Source: Candidatus Thorarchaeota archaeon
Lineage (GTDB): Archaea > Asgardarchaeota > Thorarchaeia > Thorarchaeales > Thorarchaeaceae
Length of the DNA stretch: 64,000 nucleotides
Direction: 5' to 3'
Assembly: GCA_963726195.1 (NCBI GenBank)
Contig: CAVSBO010000003.1
Span: forward strand, 96,001 to 160,000
The position numbers and the translations under genes are program-made. The notes beneath the pieces are model-generated. The model did no database searches. It saw nothing but the letters and a program-made list of their open reading frames with translations, and was not told where the DNA came from. Each line of letters begins with the position of its first letter. Position 1 is the stretch's first letter. Shown one piece after another: positions 19,835 to 31,071 of the stretch.

Positions 19835-20913
19835 CTAGATCCAGTGTCTTCGCCTGAATGTGGCAAGCATCGCGATCATCATCGCAAGGGCCAGTGAAAC
19901 GAGCAGGAGATAATAGAAGGGCCACTGCACTTCAGGCATCTGGGGCACGAGGTTCATGCCGTACCAAGACGAAATCACCAAGGGAGGTATCACCACTGTG
20001 GACAGAACAGTGAGGAATTTTATGACCTCATTCAGCCTGTTCGTGACGCTCGAAAGGTAAATGTCAAGCATGCTTGCAAGCCATTCTCTGTAGATTTCGA
20101 TGTGGTCGGTTATCTGGATGACGTGGTCGTAGAGGTCCCGCAAGTATGGTAGAGTCGTCCTGTCAAACAGCTGAGGAGCTCTCTCTCAAGGGTCAGCACA
20201 ACCTCTCTCACGGGCCACGTGAATCTTCGAAGTTCCACAACCTTACGCTTTATGCCGTATATCTCTCGGAGTGTTTCAGCCGACGGATTGGCAATTAGCT
20301 GCTCTTGAGTCTCTTCAATCTTCTCACCTATTTCGTCGAGCATAACGAAGTAGAAGTCAACGATTGCGTCGATCAGACTGTAGGCAAGATAGTCTGCCTT
20401 GCTCTTCCTGATTCGCCCAGATGGTTCTTTGATCAACCTTCTAATCGGGTCAAACACATCACCCTCGATTTCCTGGAAGGATAAGACGAACCTATTCCCG
20501 AAGACAATGCTGACCTGCTCTGAGATTATCTCTTCATTGTTCGTAAGGTGATGAAACATCCTGGCCACGATAAATCCATACTCTGCGAGGATCTCTGCTT
20601 TTGGCTGTTGACCCGTATTCAGGATGTCCTCGATAGTAAGTGGATGAAGACCGAAGCAACGGCCAATCTGGTCCACGATATCATGATTTCGGACTCCGTC
20701 GACATTAATCCAGCGAACGTTGATACCTTTGGGTGGAGGCAAACACACGTCCAGAGACGTCGCAGTCCACTCCTTGTACTCGCTCTCATTGTAGTCGAAG
20801 ACAGTTATGCGAGGAATCTTAGTTGCACTTACGGTTGTCTCTGGACCGGTCGGCATATCCAGAGGAGACCGGGCTGCCGAATCTTTGTTACCTAGGTCGA
20901 CGCTCACATGCAT
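19835..20913 (-). CDS. corA: Magnesium/cobalt transporter CorA (frameshift ~20160)
   Basis: WINVDG, LHPLTIEDI, EQVSIV, RDLYDH, YGMN signature. Confidence 0.9.
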
Positions 20914-21093
20914 GCCTCGCCAACATAGACTACAACGGATACCCGAGAGATAATCAACCAATAAAAAGGAAATGCATACGGGTACGTGTTCAGATTCCTT
21001 TGATTTCCTTCGTCCTGTCGCAGTCGCTACTCACTCTGTGGCTATTGGACTGTCTTTTGGTTTCGTGTCAATCAGTGCATGCTTTCAAGAAGC

Positions 21094-22009
21094 TCAAGAA
21101 GGGGTGGGATTGACAACGAACTGCTTCTCCAGCAGTGTCAGTGCAAAGCGCTTCCTGCTTCCTTTTGGTATCAAAGGACTTGCCAACAGTGCTTTCCTCA
21201 GCTGAAGCGGATAGATGCCCATCGCTCCTTTGTACTTGTGCCTCTTCGCGTATGAGAGTTGGTGGCCAAGATGAGAACAGAAAAGCCTCATCGTTGTGTG
21301 CATATATCGTGAAGCTCCACTCTGTCCCCTTCATTTCCTTTCTGTCGAGTCCAACTGAGAATGATTCTAGAAGCCCCGAACGCGCCGTGCTCCAAAACTG
21401 ACACTTCTCTTCCAACGCACTTAGGGAAGATCTGCTGACCTCTACTGCCTTCCAATCGAAAATGAGCATATCATTCAAAACCAAGTCCTGACTTGACAAG
21501 AGCTGCTCGTAAAGTGATGTGCCGTCCATCTTTGTCAGCTTTCGTCCCAGCTTGCGGACTGGTTCGATTTTGTCTGTCAAGGCCCAGAAGACCCCCATGT
21601 CGAATACTCGGTGCATTCCCACTTCTTCGCCGAGCTTGAGGGACGCATCATTCGTTGTGTCAGTTGTATACCTGACTCGGCTGACGCCAGTTCCTTCACT
21701 GAATTCCACGATATGCTTCGTTAGCAATCTCGCGAGACCGTGCTTTCTATAATCCCTATGCACTCTGAGCCCTTCCATCCACCCAGTGCGGCCGTCATCG
21801 ATTATCCTTAGGTTGTTCAGCCCCACCAAGTGCCCGTCAATCTCGATGCCAAAGGTATAGCACTTAGGGTCCTTAAGCCATTCATCAAATGCAAAGGGCA
21901 GGTAATCGTATCCGCCCCATGTGAGACGAGCTATTCTCATCATGTCGTCACGATCTGACTCGGTGACTCTTCGAATTTGAGGCTCCATGGCTGCTACACC
22001 CACGCTCAT
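21094..22009 (-). CDS. GNAT N-acetyltransferase (frameshift ~21270)
   Basis: WGGYDYLP, WMEGLRVHRDYRKHGLA, NDASLKL. Confidence 0.8.
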
Positions 22010-22073
22010 AGCTAATCTAGCTTTCTGAAATGATAATGAGATAGCAAACTCGGCAAAAGCTTGGAGCCAAGGC

Positions 22074-23510
22074 CTAGTGCTCAAAAACCAAGGTTTTCAC
22101 CACAACCGGCACGACAACGCCTTCGATGATTGGCTCTCCGATGTCTAGAAAATCACCATCACGAAGTGTTATCTCATCAATCGAGAGTATGTTGTTCACA
22201 ACATGGGTCTCTCTTTTCATCACGTTGCCCACGCTGTTGCCAACATCTGTGTCGAAGCACATTAGGATTGGTCTCCCTGAGGATATGGTGTTCGGCAGAG
22301 CGCCTAACACACCCTTCGCGAACTGGGTCAGGTTCTCATATGAAGGTCGCACGGCATCATTGAAAGCCAGAATTACATCATCTACACCTTCCACGAGGTC
22401 GAATCTCTGAAACGCTTTCAGCACGGCCGTCCTGACACTACCAACAAGAGTTCGCCCCTTTGGTACATCGGGAACTATCGCCATCAGGTTCCTCAAGGGA
22501 TACTTGAGCCCGGCCGTGAGAAACGTCGTGGAACCGCTCACCTGCAGATTGAACATCCCAGCACCGATCACCGTCGCGCGGATTCTTTGCTCAGGTGCCT
22601 CAACCCGCATCGGGAGTCGCTTCACAGCCGACAAGATCGCCTTGGCTAGGCCGGTCCCCAAGTCATGGTAGTCCTCACTCGTGGTACCGTAGATGTATTC
22701 AGCGACTCCTCCGGAGAATGTGAGTTCGTCCACTTTTCCCGAAAATGGAAGAGGGGGAGTGAGCATCAGCATTCTAGTCAACTTCGACTGTTGATTTGGC
22801 TGAATTGCATCGCAAAGAGCATTCGCCATCGCCGAGCTAATCGATTCCTTGGCTTCTCGTGTCAGCTGATTGCCGAGGTCAAGTGAGTACCCAACCTCTC
22901 TGGCAATCGCCTTTCCGGAGTCTTCGAGCCGCACAATTCTGTCTTGAGAGTCAGTCGCGACGAGGCGGCCGCCTACATTTATCGCGGCTGTCGCAATTAC
23001 CTTGCCGTCCTGGCATACCGCGATTTTCGATGTGCCTCCTCCGATGTCAACGTTCATGACAGTATTGTGCAGAGAAGCGGACCTAGCAACAGCGCCTGAG
23101 CCATGTGCCGCGAGCATTGCTTCATAGTTCGGGCCTGCAGTTGCTGCCACGAACTTCCCTGTTTCTCCAGCAAGTGACCTCACTATGAATTCTGCATTTT
23201 CCTTTCTTGCAGTCTCACCTGTGATGATGACTGCGCCCGTGTCAACGTCTGACGGATTAATCCCCGCCGCTCTGTAGTCATCAAGAAGGAGCCTTCTGAG
23301 TGTCTCAAAGTCGATGCTCCGCATTCCCACCAATGGCGTAAGATGAACGGCTCCAGCATGGATGACCTTTCGGTCGGTGATCTCGAATTTCTCAGTACGG
23401 CTCACAGGATCCTTTTCCAGAACTAAGCGGCTGAACACAAGATGCGAAGTCGAAGTGCCGATGTCAACCCCGACACTTGTCAGTTCTCTCTTCTGGGTCT
23501 TCAAGAACAT
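22074..23510 (-). CDS. eutA: Ethanolamine ammonia-lyase reactivating factor
   Basis: SVGVDIGTSTSHLVFS, GAVIITGETARKENA, NVDIGGGTS, IRATVIGAG, VPVVVKTLVF. Confidence 0.9.
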   Translation of the reverse strand: MFLKTQKRELTSVGVDIGTSTSHLVFSRLVLEKDPVSRTEKFEITDRKVIHAGAVHLTPLVGMRSIDFETLRRLLLDDYRAAGINPSDVDTGAVIITGETARKENAEFIVRSLAGETGKFVAATAGPNYEAMLAAHGSGAVARSASLHNTVMNVDIGGGTSKIAVCQDGKVIATAAINVGGRLVATDSQDRIVRLEDSGKAIAREVGYSLDLGNQLTREAKESISSAMANALCDAIQPNQQSKLTRMLMLTPPLPFSGKVDELTFSGGVAEYIYGTTSEDYHDLGTGLAKAILSAVKRLPMRVEAPEQRIRATVIGAGMFNLQVSGSTTFLTAGLKYPLRNLMAIVPDVPKGRTLVGSVRTAVLKAFQRFDLVEGVDDVILAFNDAVRPSYENLTQFAKGVLGALPNTISSGRPILMCFDTDVGNSVGNVMKRETHVVNNILSIDEITLRDGDFLDIGEPIIEGVVVPVVVKTLVFEH

Positions 23511-23863
23511 CTTTGGTCCGACCGTCTGCAAGACTTGAGCGCGTGTTGATGCTCCTTTAAGGTTGCGAAATCCTGCATTTGCCGCTTTGCGACGAATCTG
23601 GAAACGCTCAATGGAATCTCGCGAGCGAAGTCCGCGGGACTATCGTCCACTTCGAGTGGCAACACAAACCAATCCAAGTAGGGAGCTTCAGTATTCGCAG
23701 AGCTCACCCAGAGGCTTGAATTCTCTGTTCGGAATCCTGTACGTGAAACAGCTATGCAAGAAAACAAGAATCTTGAAAAGGCAGGGCGACTAAGCGGCAC
23801 GCTGAATTCTTGGAAGACTGCTGGGAACGCACGAGCCTTCAATGGAGGCTTGGTACTAAGAGA

Positions 23864-24490
23864 ATGAATGAATCCGTCATAGATGCTGACACCATTGCTA
23901 AACAGCGAGGGTGGGTGATAGAGCGATACCAAGCGGATCAAGAAGCTGTAAGAAATCGCATTTTCCAAGGAGTTCCCGATTTAAGGCCACCCGACGGTCT
24001 CTCTCCTAACTGGAGAGACGAACTCATCCTTTGGTGGATGTGTCCGCCTTTGCTAGTCGGGCAGAGATCAGACATCATTCTAACAAGCAGGAGACTGATT
24101 GTTGAACATGCGATTACAGATAAGAAGATGCTCCAGAAAGCGAAAGAACACAAAGTGTTATGGGTAGTATGGTACGGGGACATCTTGAGAGTCACACCTA
24201 GATGGACCGGCGACTTGGGATCGCACGTCGAGGGCGGCGGAGGATATACTTATGGCTGGGGTTGGGGAGGAACGGGGGGAGTCTGGGGTCAGCAACAACC
24301 AGTCTGGACTGTTCAACACTATGTTCGGTGCGTTGTGGATGTTGAGACTAGACAAGGGGTTGTTAACGTGCCGACTATTGGCACGCCTTTCACTTGCAGA
24401 AATCCAGGCGAGATAGAGAACATCAGGCAATTCGCCTGGATGCTGGACGACCTAGTGAATAGGGCATGGCAGAAAAGCGGCAGTAAGTAA
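23864..24490 (+). CDS. Hypothetical protein, PH-like fold with a Gly/aromatic insert
   Basis: IILTSRRLIV..YGDILRV pattern of bacterial PH domains; GGGGYTYGWGWGGTGGVWG insert. Confidence 0.55.
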   Translation: MNESVIDADTIAKQRGWVIERYQADQEAVRNRIFQGVPDLRPPDGLSPNWRDELILWWMCPPLLVGQRSDIILTSRRLIVEHAITDKKMLQKAKEHKVLWVVWYGDILRVTPRWTGDLGSHVEGGGGYTYGWGWGGTGGVWGQQQPVWTVQHYVRCVVDVETRQGVVNVPTIGTPFTCRNPGEIENIRQFAWMLDDLVNRAWQKSGSK

Positions 24491-24621
24491 GCTTCGCCTC
24501 TCATTTGGAGATTCATCAACACAGCAAGTCATACGGGAAAGGCGGTTTTTGGTAAGAGACACAATGAGTGCGTTTATACGCAAGGCGCATGCCGCGCGTG
24601 CATCGCCGGTGGACTTCAGCC

Positions 24622-25572
24622 ATGCCCTCTGCCTCGACCAAAGACTATGTCTTTCTGATATTCACAATGTTCTTTTGGGGAGGATCATGGGTCTCTGGGA
24701 AGGTCATAGTAGGAACAGCACCATCTTTTACAATCGGGTTCTTCCGTTTCTTCCTTGCTAGCATCTTTCTTCTGCCTGCCGCCTTCCTGTTGAATTCTCA
24801 CAATTCAAGTCATATCACCCGACGCACCATCATGCAGTATGCCGCGATGGGATTCATTGGCATATTCGGATACGGTATGTTCTTCCTTACGGGCATGAAA
24901 TTCACCACTGCCGCCCAAGGATCCATTATAGCAGGAATAAACCCGGCTACAGTGAGCCTTTGGGCTCACGTCGTTCACAAGGAGCACCTTGACAAGAACT
25001 GGAAATACGCAGGTTTTGTTCTGAGCTTCATTGGCGTCCTTTTTGTGATTGGAGTCCAAGCACTAATCGACTTTCGACCAGACTACATTATCGGTAATCT
25101 GCTCGTTCTGTGTGCGATGATGACCTGGGGAGCCTACTCAACAATAGGAAAGTCCGCCATGAAAGTGAGCTCACCGCTTCAAACGACCGCGGGAAGCGTT
25201 GCATTCGGCACCATGTTTTTCGCAACTGGTGCGTTCTTCGAAGGGTTCTGGACTCTCCCGGCAATGACAGACATGGTCTTTTGGGAAAACATACTCTTCC
25301 TTGCAATCCCGGTAACGTTCATCTCTTACATATTCTATTTCAGTGCAATCAAGGACATCGGAGCAACGAGGTCCGCAGTGTTCATCAATCTGGTTCCAGT
25401 GTTCGGCGTTTCCCTGTCCCTTCTTCTACTTCAGGAGACTATCTACTGGACCTTTGCCATTGGTCTCATCCTTGTCGTCATTGGCATAGGGGTTATCAAT
25501 TTCCCGGCAAGGAAGAAGAACGGGTCTACGTCAAAACCAAGTCCTGTCATTCATACGACAACTCAGACCTGA
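24622..25572 (+). CDS. DMT/EamA family transporter
   Basis: FWGGSWVSGK, RFFLA, two EamA repeats, FINLVPVFG. Confidence 0.9.
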   Translation: MPSASTKDYVFLIFTMFFWGGSWVSGKVIVGTAPSFTIGFFRFFLASIFLLPAAFLLNSHNSSHITRRTIMQYAAMGFIGIFGYGMFFLTGMKFTTAAQGSIIAGINPATVSLWAHVVHKEHLDKNWKYAGFVLSFIGVLFVIGVQALIDFRPDYIIGNLLVLCAMMTWGAYSTIGKSAMKVSSPLQTTAGSVAFGTMFFATGAFFEGFWTLPAMTDMVFWENILFLAIPVTFISYIFYFSAIKDIGATRSAVFINLVPVFGVSLSLLLLQETIYWTFAIGLILVVIGIGVINFPARKKNGSTSKPSPVIHTTTQT

Positions 25573-25599
25573 GCACGGCGTTCGGGGACTAGCTTTTGA

Positions 25600-26589
25600 G
25601 TGTCCGGTCTTGGTACTACGATTGTGGTTACCCTTCGGGACATAGTAGAAGCCTATGACAGAATCAAGGATGCAGTTACGAAGACGCCCGTGATGACGTC
25701 ACGAACTGTGGACCAAATGGCTCAGTGCAAGGTTTTCTTCAAGTGCGAGAACTTCCAGCGTGCTGGAGCCTTCAAGTTCAGGGGCGCGTTCAACGCCATA
25801 TCACAGCTCACCGACGAAGAAAAGAGACGCGGAGTGATAACTCACTCATCTGGCAATCACGCTCAAGCACTCGCCTTGGCTTCTTCGATTCTAGGCGTCA
25901 AAGCTGTAGTCGTAATGCCACGCAACTCATCGAAGGTGAAGATGGAAGCCACACGCGGATACGGGGCAGAAGTAGTCCTTTGTGAGCCGACGCTCGAGTC
26001 GCGCGCGGCTACCGCACAGAAGCTGATCTCGAAGCATGGCTACGTGATGATTCATCCCTACAATGACGAGAGAATAATCGCGGGTGCCGGAACTGCAGCC
26101 CTCGAACTAATACGAGAAGTCGGGCCTCTGAATTGCGTACTTGCCCCAGTCGGAGGTGGAGGTCTCCTAAGCGGAACGTCCATTACGACAAAGGGCCTTT
26201 GCCCGGGAGCGAAAGTCATTGGGGCTGAACCCAAGAATGCGGATGATGCGTCACGCTCGTTCAAGACGAAGACGCTCCAACCAAGCGTGAGCCCAAGAAC
26301 CATTGCCGATGGGCTGAGAACATCACTCGGGGACATCACTTTTCGGATAATCTTGGAGAACGTTGACGACATCGTCACGGTTTCTGAAAACGAGATTCTC
26401 GCAGCGATGAAGATTCTTTGGGAGCGCATGAAACTCGTTGTTGAACCGTCAGCTGCTGTACCTCTTGCGGCGCTCTTGACGATCAGAGAATCATTGGCGC
26501 GAGCCAATGTAGGAGTCATTCTCAGTGGCGGTAATTTGGAATTGGATGCTCTCTTCCGGGAGTACGAAGGGACCATAGCCAAGGAATGA
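25600..26589 (+). CDS. PLP-dependent threonine/serine dehydratase (serine racemase-like)
   Basis: KCENFQRAGAFKFRGA, SSGNHAQ, PVGGGGLLSG, VEPSAA, SGGN. Confidence 0.92.
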   Translation: MSGLGTTIVVTLRDIVEAYDRIKDAVTKTPVMTSRTVDQMAQCKVFFKCENFQRAGAFKFRGAFNAISQLTDEEKRRGVITHSSGNHAQALALASSILGVKAVVVMPRNSSKVKMEATRGYGAEVVLCEPTLESRAATAQKLISKHGYVMIHPYNDERIIAGAGTAALELIREVGPLNCVLAPVGGGGLLSGTSITTKGLCPGAKVIGAEPKNADDASRSFKTKTLQPSVSPRTIADGLRTSLGDITFRIILENVDDIVTVSENEILAAMKILWERMKLVVEPSAAVPLAALLTIRESLARANVGVILSGGNLELDALFREYEGTIAKE

Positions 26590-26680
26590 CTCATGCCCCG
26601 GACGAGAATAACGTGAAGTGTACGGCGACTGATTATCACGATGCATAAGACCATTAGGGAGCATAAAGGTGTCCTCAGGT

Positions 26681-27211
26681 ATGGCCGAAAGGGTTCTGGT
26701 GTGCTATGGCACTCGTTACGGGTCGACCGCAGAAGTGGCAGCAGAAATAGGCAAGACAATTCAGGAGCGGGGTGTAGCCGCAGATGTCGTTGATCTCAAA
26801 AAGGGCAAGGTTCAACCAGTCGGCTACGATCTTATTGCGATAGGAAGCGGAATTCAGGCCGGAAAGTGGACCAAAGAAGCACTGGGTTTCATTGCGCGGC
26901 ACAAGGATGCACTTGCAGAAACGAGAGTGGCACTTTTCGTGGTGTGCGCTAGTGCTGGTTCCCCCGACAAGTGCAGCTTTGCACAGACAGAGTACCTCGA
27001 CAAGATTGCGGCTTCCTTTCCTTTTCTTCATGTTGTCAGTACCGGGCTGTTTGGTGGTGTGTTCGATTTCAAGAAGTACAGCGCTCCGGTCCGAATGCTA
27101 GTAAAGAGCATAGTAAAGAAGCAGACACCGGACGGCAAGGTGCCAGAGAAAATCGACTTCAGAGACTGGGACAAGGTACGTGCATGGGCCAAGTCGATTG
27201 CGGATTCCTAG
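26681..27211 (+). CDS. Flavodoxin-domain protein (HemG-like)
   Basis: YGTRYGSTAEVA, GSGIQAGKW, DFRDWDKVRAWA. Confidence 0.85.
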   Translation: MAERVLVCYGTRYGSTAEVAAEIGKTIQERGVAADVVDLKKGKVQPVGYDLIAIGSGIQAGKWTKEALGFIARHKDALAETRVALFVVCASAGSPDKCSFAQTEYLDKIAASFPFLHVVSTGLFGGVFDFKKYSAPVRMLVKSIVKKQTPDGKVPEKIDFRDWDKVRAWAKSIADS

Positions 27212-27266
27212 CGCCAAACCTGCCTCAGCCGGAAAGTTCATCATCCAACCATCGTGGGCTTCGGGT

Positions 27267-28000
27267 ATGCCAAAGGCTGCAAAGAAGGTTTCCATCAAGA
27301 GCGAGCCAAGAGTAGTAGTCACAAAGAATGGGCCATATTTGGTTTCGGGCAGCATTCCGCTCGTCAAGGAAGTTCCAATCATAGGCAAAGATGGCCACCC
27401 CGATAAGTGGGAGGTCACATCCACCTACCCTCCGCAAGAAGCTATGCATTGTGCCGATGCGGGGAATCACGAAACATGCCCTTCTGTGATGGAACGCACG
27501 CGACTATAGGATTTGATGGTACCGAGACCGCAAGCAAGAAGAAGTACCTTGAGCGCGCGAGCATGATTACAGGTCCAACGATTGACCTCACGGATGAACA
27601 GGATCTGTGTGCCGGAGCAAGATTTTGTCACAAGTCTGGGGGTACTTGGTCAAATGTCAGAAAGTCCGACGACCCGAAGGCGAAAGAAGATGCGATAGAG
27701 TCTGCAAGCAATTGTCCTGCGGGCAGACTTGTAGCTTGGGACAAAGCGACCAGAGAACCGATTGAACCTGCATTCAAACCCACAATCAGCCTGACAGAGG
27801 ATACCCAAAGAGGAGTAAGCGGGCCTCTATGGTTGAAGGGATGCATACCCTTCGAATCTGCAGATGGCTTCAAGTACGAAACAAGAAATCGTGTGACACT
27901 GTGCAGATGCGGCAAGTCGAGGAACAAACCGTTCTGTGATGGAAGCCACGTTTCTGCGAGGTTCAGTGATGGAGACGAGTCTCTGAAGGCTAAGCCATAA
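27267..28000 (+). CDS. CDGSH iron-sulfur domain protein with central divergent 4Fe-4S domain (frameshift ~27435)
   Basis: NGPYLV, ALCRCGESRNMPFCDGTH, CAGARFC..CPAG, LCRCGKSRNKPFCDGSH. Confidence 0.88.
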
Positions 28001-28066
28001 AGGCTCTCCCAAGTTGCTGAACGTTCAGATTGTCGAGAGAACTTCACTGGGTCTGAGGGTGGCTTG

Positions 28067-28739
28067 CTATTCTGACAGATAGCCCTTCTCAACAGAGCTG
28101 TCTATCAATCCCTTGGCATAAGCCCACAGTTTCTTCGATGCCTTCTCGATGTGCTTGTTGCGTTCAAGGACCTGTGCTTTTCTGATTTGATGCTTCTTCC
28201 ACGCGTGGCCCTCAGTGTTGTAGTTGAGGAGCAAAGGTTCTAACCTATCCAATGCGGCCGCGTAGCGCGCCTCGGCTGTTTTCGTCTCAACGAACTCATC
28301 CCACAATGCGCGCAATTCCTTTGCTTGATTAGCTGGGAGAACCGGAAACACCTTGTCAGCAGCACCATTCTCTCTCTTTCAGCTGCCCCTTCACTCCTTC
28401 TTCGTCGTAGCAGAATGTATCTCCTGCAAATACCTCGACAAGGTCGTGGATAAGAACCATCTTCATGACCTTGAGAAGATCCACGTTTTTCTGGTCAAGG
28501 TACTCATAGAGAATCATGGACATCAGTGCTAGATGCCAAGAATGCTCTGCATCGTTTTCTTGACGACGGGTCTGTGTAAGCACTGTCTGCCTGAACACAT
28601 CCTTGAGTTGATCCGCGAGGACAAGGAAATCTATCTGGTGAGAGAGGCGGTCCGCTACAGTATCAGTCAATCTCTTCTGTGCCTCCGTTCCGGACAGGCG
28701 AGGCCTCCCGGAACCTACTTGAAGCTTCTGTTTGGACAA
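28067..28739 (-). CDS. HD-domain phosphohydrolase (HD_3/YfbR-like; frameshift ~28355)
   Basis: ENDAEHSWH, IHDLVEVFAGDT, EARYAAALDRLEP. Confidence 0.85.
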
Positions 28740-28877
28740 TCGGCCTTCCTTAACACGACAGGAAGCTCTACGATTATCTTCGGAGCCCTCTCCACTTCAA
28801 ATCTGTTTCATTGAGAGTAGCCTCTGCGCCCTGAATATCGAAGGGTAGCTTGTGGGTTGCGATTAGAGGCGGACACC

Positions 28878-29975
28878 ATGGACCGATGGATCATGCATGT
28901 CGATATGGACGCATTCTTCGCATCGGTAGAGCAATTCAGAATTCATCCTGAGATACAGGGACGACCTGTTTGCGTTGGCCCTGACCCTAAGAGCGGACTG
29001 AGAGGCGTTGTCCGGTCAGCATCATACGAGGCGAGGGCTTATGGCGTCAAGTCAGGCATGCCGGTCTCAGCGGCTTCCAGACTATGCCCGGACGCAGTCT
29101 TCGTAGGCGGGGACTTCTCGAACTATGTGACTGCTTCTGAAGAAATGATACAGATCCTAAGGAGGTACGCTGACGGAGGCCGAGTTACGAAGGCAAGTAT
29201 AGACGAAGCGTATATTGAAGTCACAGAGAGGGTCGCACACTACTCAAGCCCCGTGGATCTTGCCAACGAGATACGCGCCACAATCAAGGCTGAAACCAAT
29301 CTCCCGTGTTCGGTTGGCATCGCACCAAACATGGCCGTAGCGAAAGTAGCTACAGGCCGCGGCAAGCCAAATGGAATTACGCTTGTCAACCAAGGCGCTG
29401 ACGCGGTAGCCAAGTTCCTAGCACCACTCAGCGTTCGGGTGATAAGCGGCGTCGGCGAAAAAACCGGAGAACGTCTTCAGGCATTTGGTATCGAAATTCT
29501 AAGCCAAGTGCAACAAATGTCGATTGCTGATTTGTGGCCGGTAATGGGCCGTGCTTCTCACTGGTTGCATCAAATGTCGTTCGGAATCGATGAGAGACCA
29601 TTGTTTGACACTGGACATCATGCAAGGGGGTCGATGAGTCATGATTCGACTTTCATGGAAGACGTGGATCCTGACAGCCTAGACTTTCTATGCGGCAGAC
29701 TCACAGATATGTGTACCAGAATCGCAGAGAGAGTCAGATCAAAGGGCTTGCTGTTTCGAGTCCTCACAGTCAAGATACGTTACAAGGACTTTACAACTGT
29801 TCAAGTAAGCAAGTCCCTGCCTGTCGGAACTGACAGCTGTCATGAACTATGTCGTGGAGTTCTTGACTTGTTCAATCGCAGACGCAGAACAGACATTCCT
29901 ATCCGGCTCCTAGGAGTCAAGGTCTCGGATCTGAGTGAAAGGCAAGCACAGACTGCGCTCACTCAATTCCTCTAA
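28878..29975 (+). CDS. dinB: Y-family DNA polymerase IV
   Basis: HVDMDAFFASVE, SYEARAYGV, SIDEAY, KPNG; C-terminal PIP box QTALTQFL. Confidence 0.95.
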   Translation: MDRWIMHVDMDAFFASVEQFRIHPEIQGRPVCVGPDPKSGLRGVVRSASYEARAYGVKSGMPVSAASRLCPDAVFVGGDFSNYVTASEEMIQILRRYADGGRVTKASIDEAYIEVTERVAHYSSPVDLANEIRATIKAETNLPCSVGIAPNMAVAKVATGRGKPNGITLVNQGADAVAKFLAPLSVRVISGVGEKTGERLQAFGIEILSQVQQMSIADLWPVMGRASHWLHQMSFGIDERPLFDTGHHARGSMSHDSTFMEDVDPDSLDFLCGRLTDMCTRIAERVRSKGLLFRVLTVKIRYKDFTTVQVSKSLPVGTDSCHELCRGVLDLFNRRRRTDIPIRLLGVKVSDLSERQAQTALTQFL

Positions 29976-30125
29976 TCAACTTGGTCAGAATGATGGCAGG
30001 ATTGAGTCAAGAGAGCACTCCGTAATCCGCGTTCCCCTCTGCAGGCCAATGTCCTTATCTAGCACCAAAGTATCAGACAACTGAGGGCAAGCCAGTCAGT
30101 TCGTGTTTACCTCGCGGGTGATCAC

Positions 30126-31049
30126 ATGGTGTATCGAAATGATGTGGTCGAGAGGATGACGGGCGACGAACTCGTAGGCCTTGCTCGTGCGCTGAAGATT
30201 CCGCTCACTAGTCGGTCAATTCCGAGAACGTCGCTCTTGGAGAAGATATACACACGCCTTGAGGCCGCAGAGAAAGATCAGAAGAAGCCCACTCTTCAAT
30301 CACCAGCTATCAGGATGTGGCACGTTGAGAAGCGTTTCGGCAAGACACCTGCAGTCCACAACTTGTATCTCTCTGTTAATCCCGGGGAGATTGTTGGGCT
30401 TGTCGGTCCCAATGGCGCAGGAAAGACCACCACACTTAGAATGTTAACCGGAATCATAGCTCCATCAATGGGCATAGTTACCGTTAATGGATTTGATATG
30501 AAGAAGAAGCCCTTGCAGGCCAAGCAGAGGATTGGCTACATACCAGAGCGTCCAACCTGCTACCAGAGTCTTAGAGTGAATGAGTATCTCACCTTTGTTG
30601 CACGGATTTACGGGGTTCCCAAGTCCACGATGCACATCAGAATGAAAGAATACGTGGATTTATTCCAGCTGGGACCATTTCTTAAGAACTTCATTGGAAC
30701 GCTTTCGAAGGGCAACTTGCAGAGGACGCTGCTGGCAGGTATCTTCGTGCGAGAACCTCCTTTCATATTGGCTCTTGATGAACCAATCTATGGCTTGGAT
30801 CCACGTGGTGCATGGATTTTCAAGAGGCTCCTGGTGAAGCTAAGAAATGAAGGCTCGTGTGCAGTCATATCAACGCACACTCTGGAGGTTGCCCAAGGAC
30901 TGTGTGACAGGTTTGTCATAATGAACGACGGAAATGTTGTGGGTGATGGGACTCTGCAGGGTCTTCTGGCTTCGCACAAAACTGCACACACACTTGAGGA
31001 GGTGTTCCTTGAATTGACGGGGGGAATCCCCAAGGGACAGGGTGTGTAG
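30126..31049 (+). CDS. ABC-2 type transporter ATPase with N-terminal helical extension
   Basis: GPNGAGKTT, LSKGNLQR, LALDEP, STH. Confidence 0.9.
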   Translation: MVYRNDVVERMTGDELVGLARALKIPLTSRSIPRTSLLEKIYTRLEAAEKDQKKPTLQSPAIRMWHVEKRFGKTPAVHNLYLSVNPGEIVGLVGPNGAGKTTTLRMLTGIIAPSMGIVTVNGFDMKKKPLQAKQRIGYIPERPTCYQSLRVNEYLTFVARIYGVPKSTMHIRMKEYVDLFQLGPFLKNFIGTLSKGNLQRTLLAGIFVREPPFILALDEPIYGLDPRGAWIFKRLLVKLRNEGSCAVISTHTLEVAQGLCDRFVIMNDGNVVGDGTLQGLLASHKTAHTLEEVFLELTGGIPKGQGV

Positions 31050-31071
31050 GTTGGTCGGAACTTCGATTGTC

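Noticed and set aside
23501-23968. ORFs in the eutA-PH protein intergenic region
   Set aside because: No recognisable motifs, they overlap real genes, and the region is probably a divergent promoter.
26058-26759. Long antisense ORFs (also 12167..12844, 9558..10112, 52058..52573)
   Set aside because: Shadows of well-supported genes on the opposite strand, with no motifs.
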